Shown in pieces: positions 61,801-64,000 of a stretch of 64,000 nucleotides of DNA. How positions within the stretch are numbered: position 1 is the first letter of the stretch; the number at the start of each line of letters is the position of its first letter. The notes under the pieces are model-generated. The model did not search any database. It had not been told where the DNA came from and saw nothing but the letters and a program-made list of their open reading frames with translations. Where the stretch lies: the NCBI GenBank assembly GCA_047967505.1, contig CM106538.1. One strand, written 5' to 3'. The position numbers and the translations under genes are program-made. Source of the DNA: Dipteris shenzhenensis (Eukaryota).

Positions 61801-64000
61801 GGATATTTGCATTGTGGTGACACAGGCATATGCTGATGATTCCTTTTTACTCCTCGAAATACGCAGCAAGATCTCTCTTCTTTGATGCATGCTCTCTCTC
61901 TTTATGGTTTAGCTGCTGGCCTTAATGTGAATTTTCAAAAGTCCAAGCTCTTGCCTCTGCACTCTAAAGAATGGCATTCTCTTTTATGGCCGGGTGATAT
62001 TATCCAACCTACTCAGTTGATCCGTCATCTTGGTTACCCTCTGGGTTGGATAATCACGTGTCGTCAGCAAGTTCATTGGGTTCTTGAAAATTTTTAAAAG
62101 AAGCTGGAATACTGGAAGCTTGCTACTTGGCCCTTGCATGTCAGGCTTCGTATTGTGCAATCTATTTTGATGGCATATATACAGTTTTATTTGCCTTTGA
62201 TTATGTTCAGCAAAGGGGATTTGACAGTTTTCATGTCCATGGTTATGGAGACTTTTTGGCACTCCAAACATGGCAAGAAGAGTTTGCGTTTGCTTTCTAT
62301 GCAGCATCTGTGTTCACCTAAGATGCACATTCTGGCTCACAAGGGCAACATGATGTTGCAATTTCTGCAAGGATCACAGCCATGGGCTGCCATGATACGT
62401 CACTTGCTTTCTCAGATTACTACTTCTGCTTTTGGTTTTTGGCAGCCCACTCCCTAGGACTTTCTTTTCGGTGCTCTTCAAGGGAAAATCAAAGGTTGCC
62501 CTCTAGTTTCCAATATGTTGATGGATTGGAAACATGTTCTTTCACATTTGGAATGGGATGGCCGGGATACTTTACAGGATAATTCCTTGAGGGCTGAAAG
62601 TGTACACTGGTATCGGGTGGTATCGGGTCTTTTCCCCTCCGCTGGCCTTGCAAGAGCCTCGACGGTCTTATTTTTTGAGTCTAAAGGGGATCCTTTTGGT
62701 TTCAGATATTGTTCATGATGATGGGACCCCTCTTTCTTTCCCTCAGGCTGCTGCAAAATATAGTCTTGGATTGCATTATCATCCGGTCTGGCAAAAGATT
62801 ATCTCCTTGATTCAGAATTTTACTCCTGTACCTACTTTGAAAGTGGAGGATCGACTGGACTCTTCATTTGCCAAGATCGACATGTCATCCTTTGCGGCTG
62901 TCCAAAATTACAGTTTCAGCGCTCAAAAGTTATTTTGCCTTTGCCTTGGGCTGCTCAGAGGGCAAATAAAATTTGGCATATGAATAGTACAGCAAAGTGG
63001 TGGCGAAAAAGATTGCATGGGGTTTGGAAAGCAAAAATTCACTTCGGCAACAAGTGTTTCTGTGGCGTGTTTTATTGGAAGTCTTTCCAATTGGACAGTT
63101 TTTGGCACAACGCCGTGTTGCTCCACCGCTTTGTCGCCGATGTTAGGCTCCCAGGGAAACAATGTCTCATCTCTTTTGGCACTGTTCTCATACATGTGAT
63201 TTCTCGGCATTATTGGGTCAAACTTTATGCGCCAGATTTCTAGGCTTTACTTTTGGCAATTACTTCTGGCTGTTTGGGATACATCCCCCTCGACATCAGT
63301 TTGTTTTTTTCTTTATTTGGGTTCGATATTGAGCACTTTGGACTCTGTGGAAGGACACAAATCATAGAGTTTTTGGTGACCTGACTTTCTCAGCTTACTC
63401 TTTCTTCAAGCACTCTTTGCAACAATCAATTTATGATTGTTTGCAAACAGGGTCTCTAGATCAGGATGTATATTTGTCATATATTAACATCTTTGCTTGA
63501 TGTATTTTGAGCATATCCTACTTTGGGATGCTCATCTTGTAATATAAAAGCAACAATATTTTCACCCAAAAAAATATGTGTGTGTGGGTGGCGGGGGGGG
63601 GTTTAGGGAAAATATGATTTAGGGATGCATTATCATCCTATATGGCAAGCTATTACTCGGATGCTTCAGCCATTTCAGCTAGTACCGCCTTTAGAACTTC
63701 AAGACAACCAGGCTTCACGATTGAACTCTTCTTCCACTACACTTGTCCATTCGTCCTTTGAAGCTGTCTCATATTACAGTCTCATCTTTATATAAAGTTT
63801 TGTTGTCTCCACCTTGGGCGTCAGATAGGGCTAATTAGATTTGGTGTTTGCATTATCCAGTCAAATGGTGAAGGGAAGACTAGAGAGAATTTAAATTAGA
63901 GTGTGAGCTTTGAACTTTAAAAGTTAGTAATATAGTGACTAGAATCTAGATTACAAAGTTTAAATTTCAAACTTTTAACTAAAGTTTACTAAAATATTAA

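Larger units (their letters stand above)
53201..61822 (-). mobile_element. Full-length Ty3/Gypsy chromovirus D, TSD CAGG
   Basis: 3' LTR 53201-54163, 5' LTR 60885-61822, PBS 60872-60883, PPT at 54164. gag ~58000-59330 (CFKCGKEGHVAAQC), PR ~57930 (LFDPGAT), RT 56758..57429, RH, INT-chromodomain 54176..55410. Frameshifted. Confidence 0.96.
51538..63574 (+). mobile_element. 5'-truncated L1-clade LINE (second family), interrupted by Gypsy D
   Basis: Endonuclease end SDHAPL, RT WRPITLM...RQGCPLS, and IAQ|AYADD split by the insertion. Continues 61827-63500 (RHLGYPLG, degraded C-terminal zinc finger) and ends in an A-run at 63568-63574. Confidence 0.9.

Overview
This window is land-plant nuclear DNA. 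The TE repertoire (RTE-X-like LINEs, chromoviruses) suggests a large-genome seed-free plant or gymnosperm, which is inference only. The window appears to lie entirely inside one minus-strand host gene that the ORF track misses, a threonine aspartase (Taspase1/TASP1). Its three small GT-AG exons (26442-26492, 26148-26268, 4969-5053) splice in frame and are separated by introns of 173 bp and 21,094 bp. The flanking introns are >37 kb and >4.9 kb. The introns are filled with nested, mostly decayed TEs: five chromodomain Ty3/Gypsy elements of three families (A1/A2, B/D, C), two related Ty1/Copia elements, three L1-type LINE copies, several RTE-X-like LINE fragments, a hAT-type MITE, LTR fragments and microsatellites. 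No RNA genes or CRISPR arrays were seen. All calls are from reading the sequence by eye; no database searches were run.
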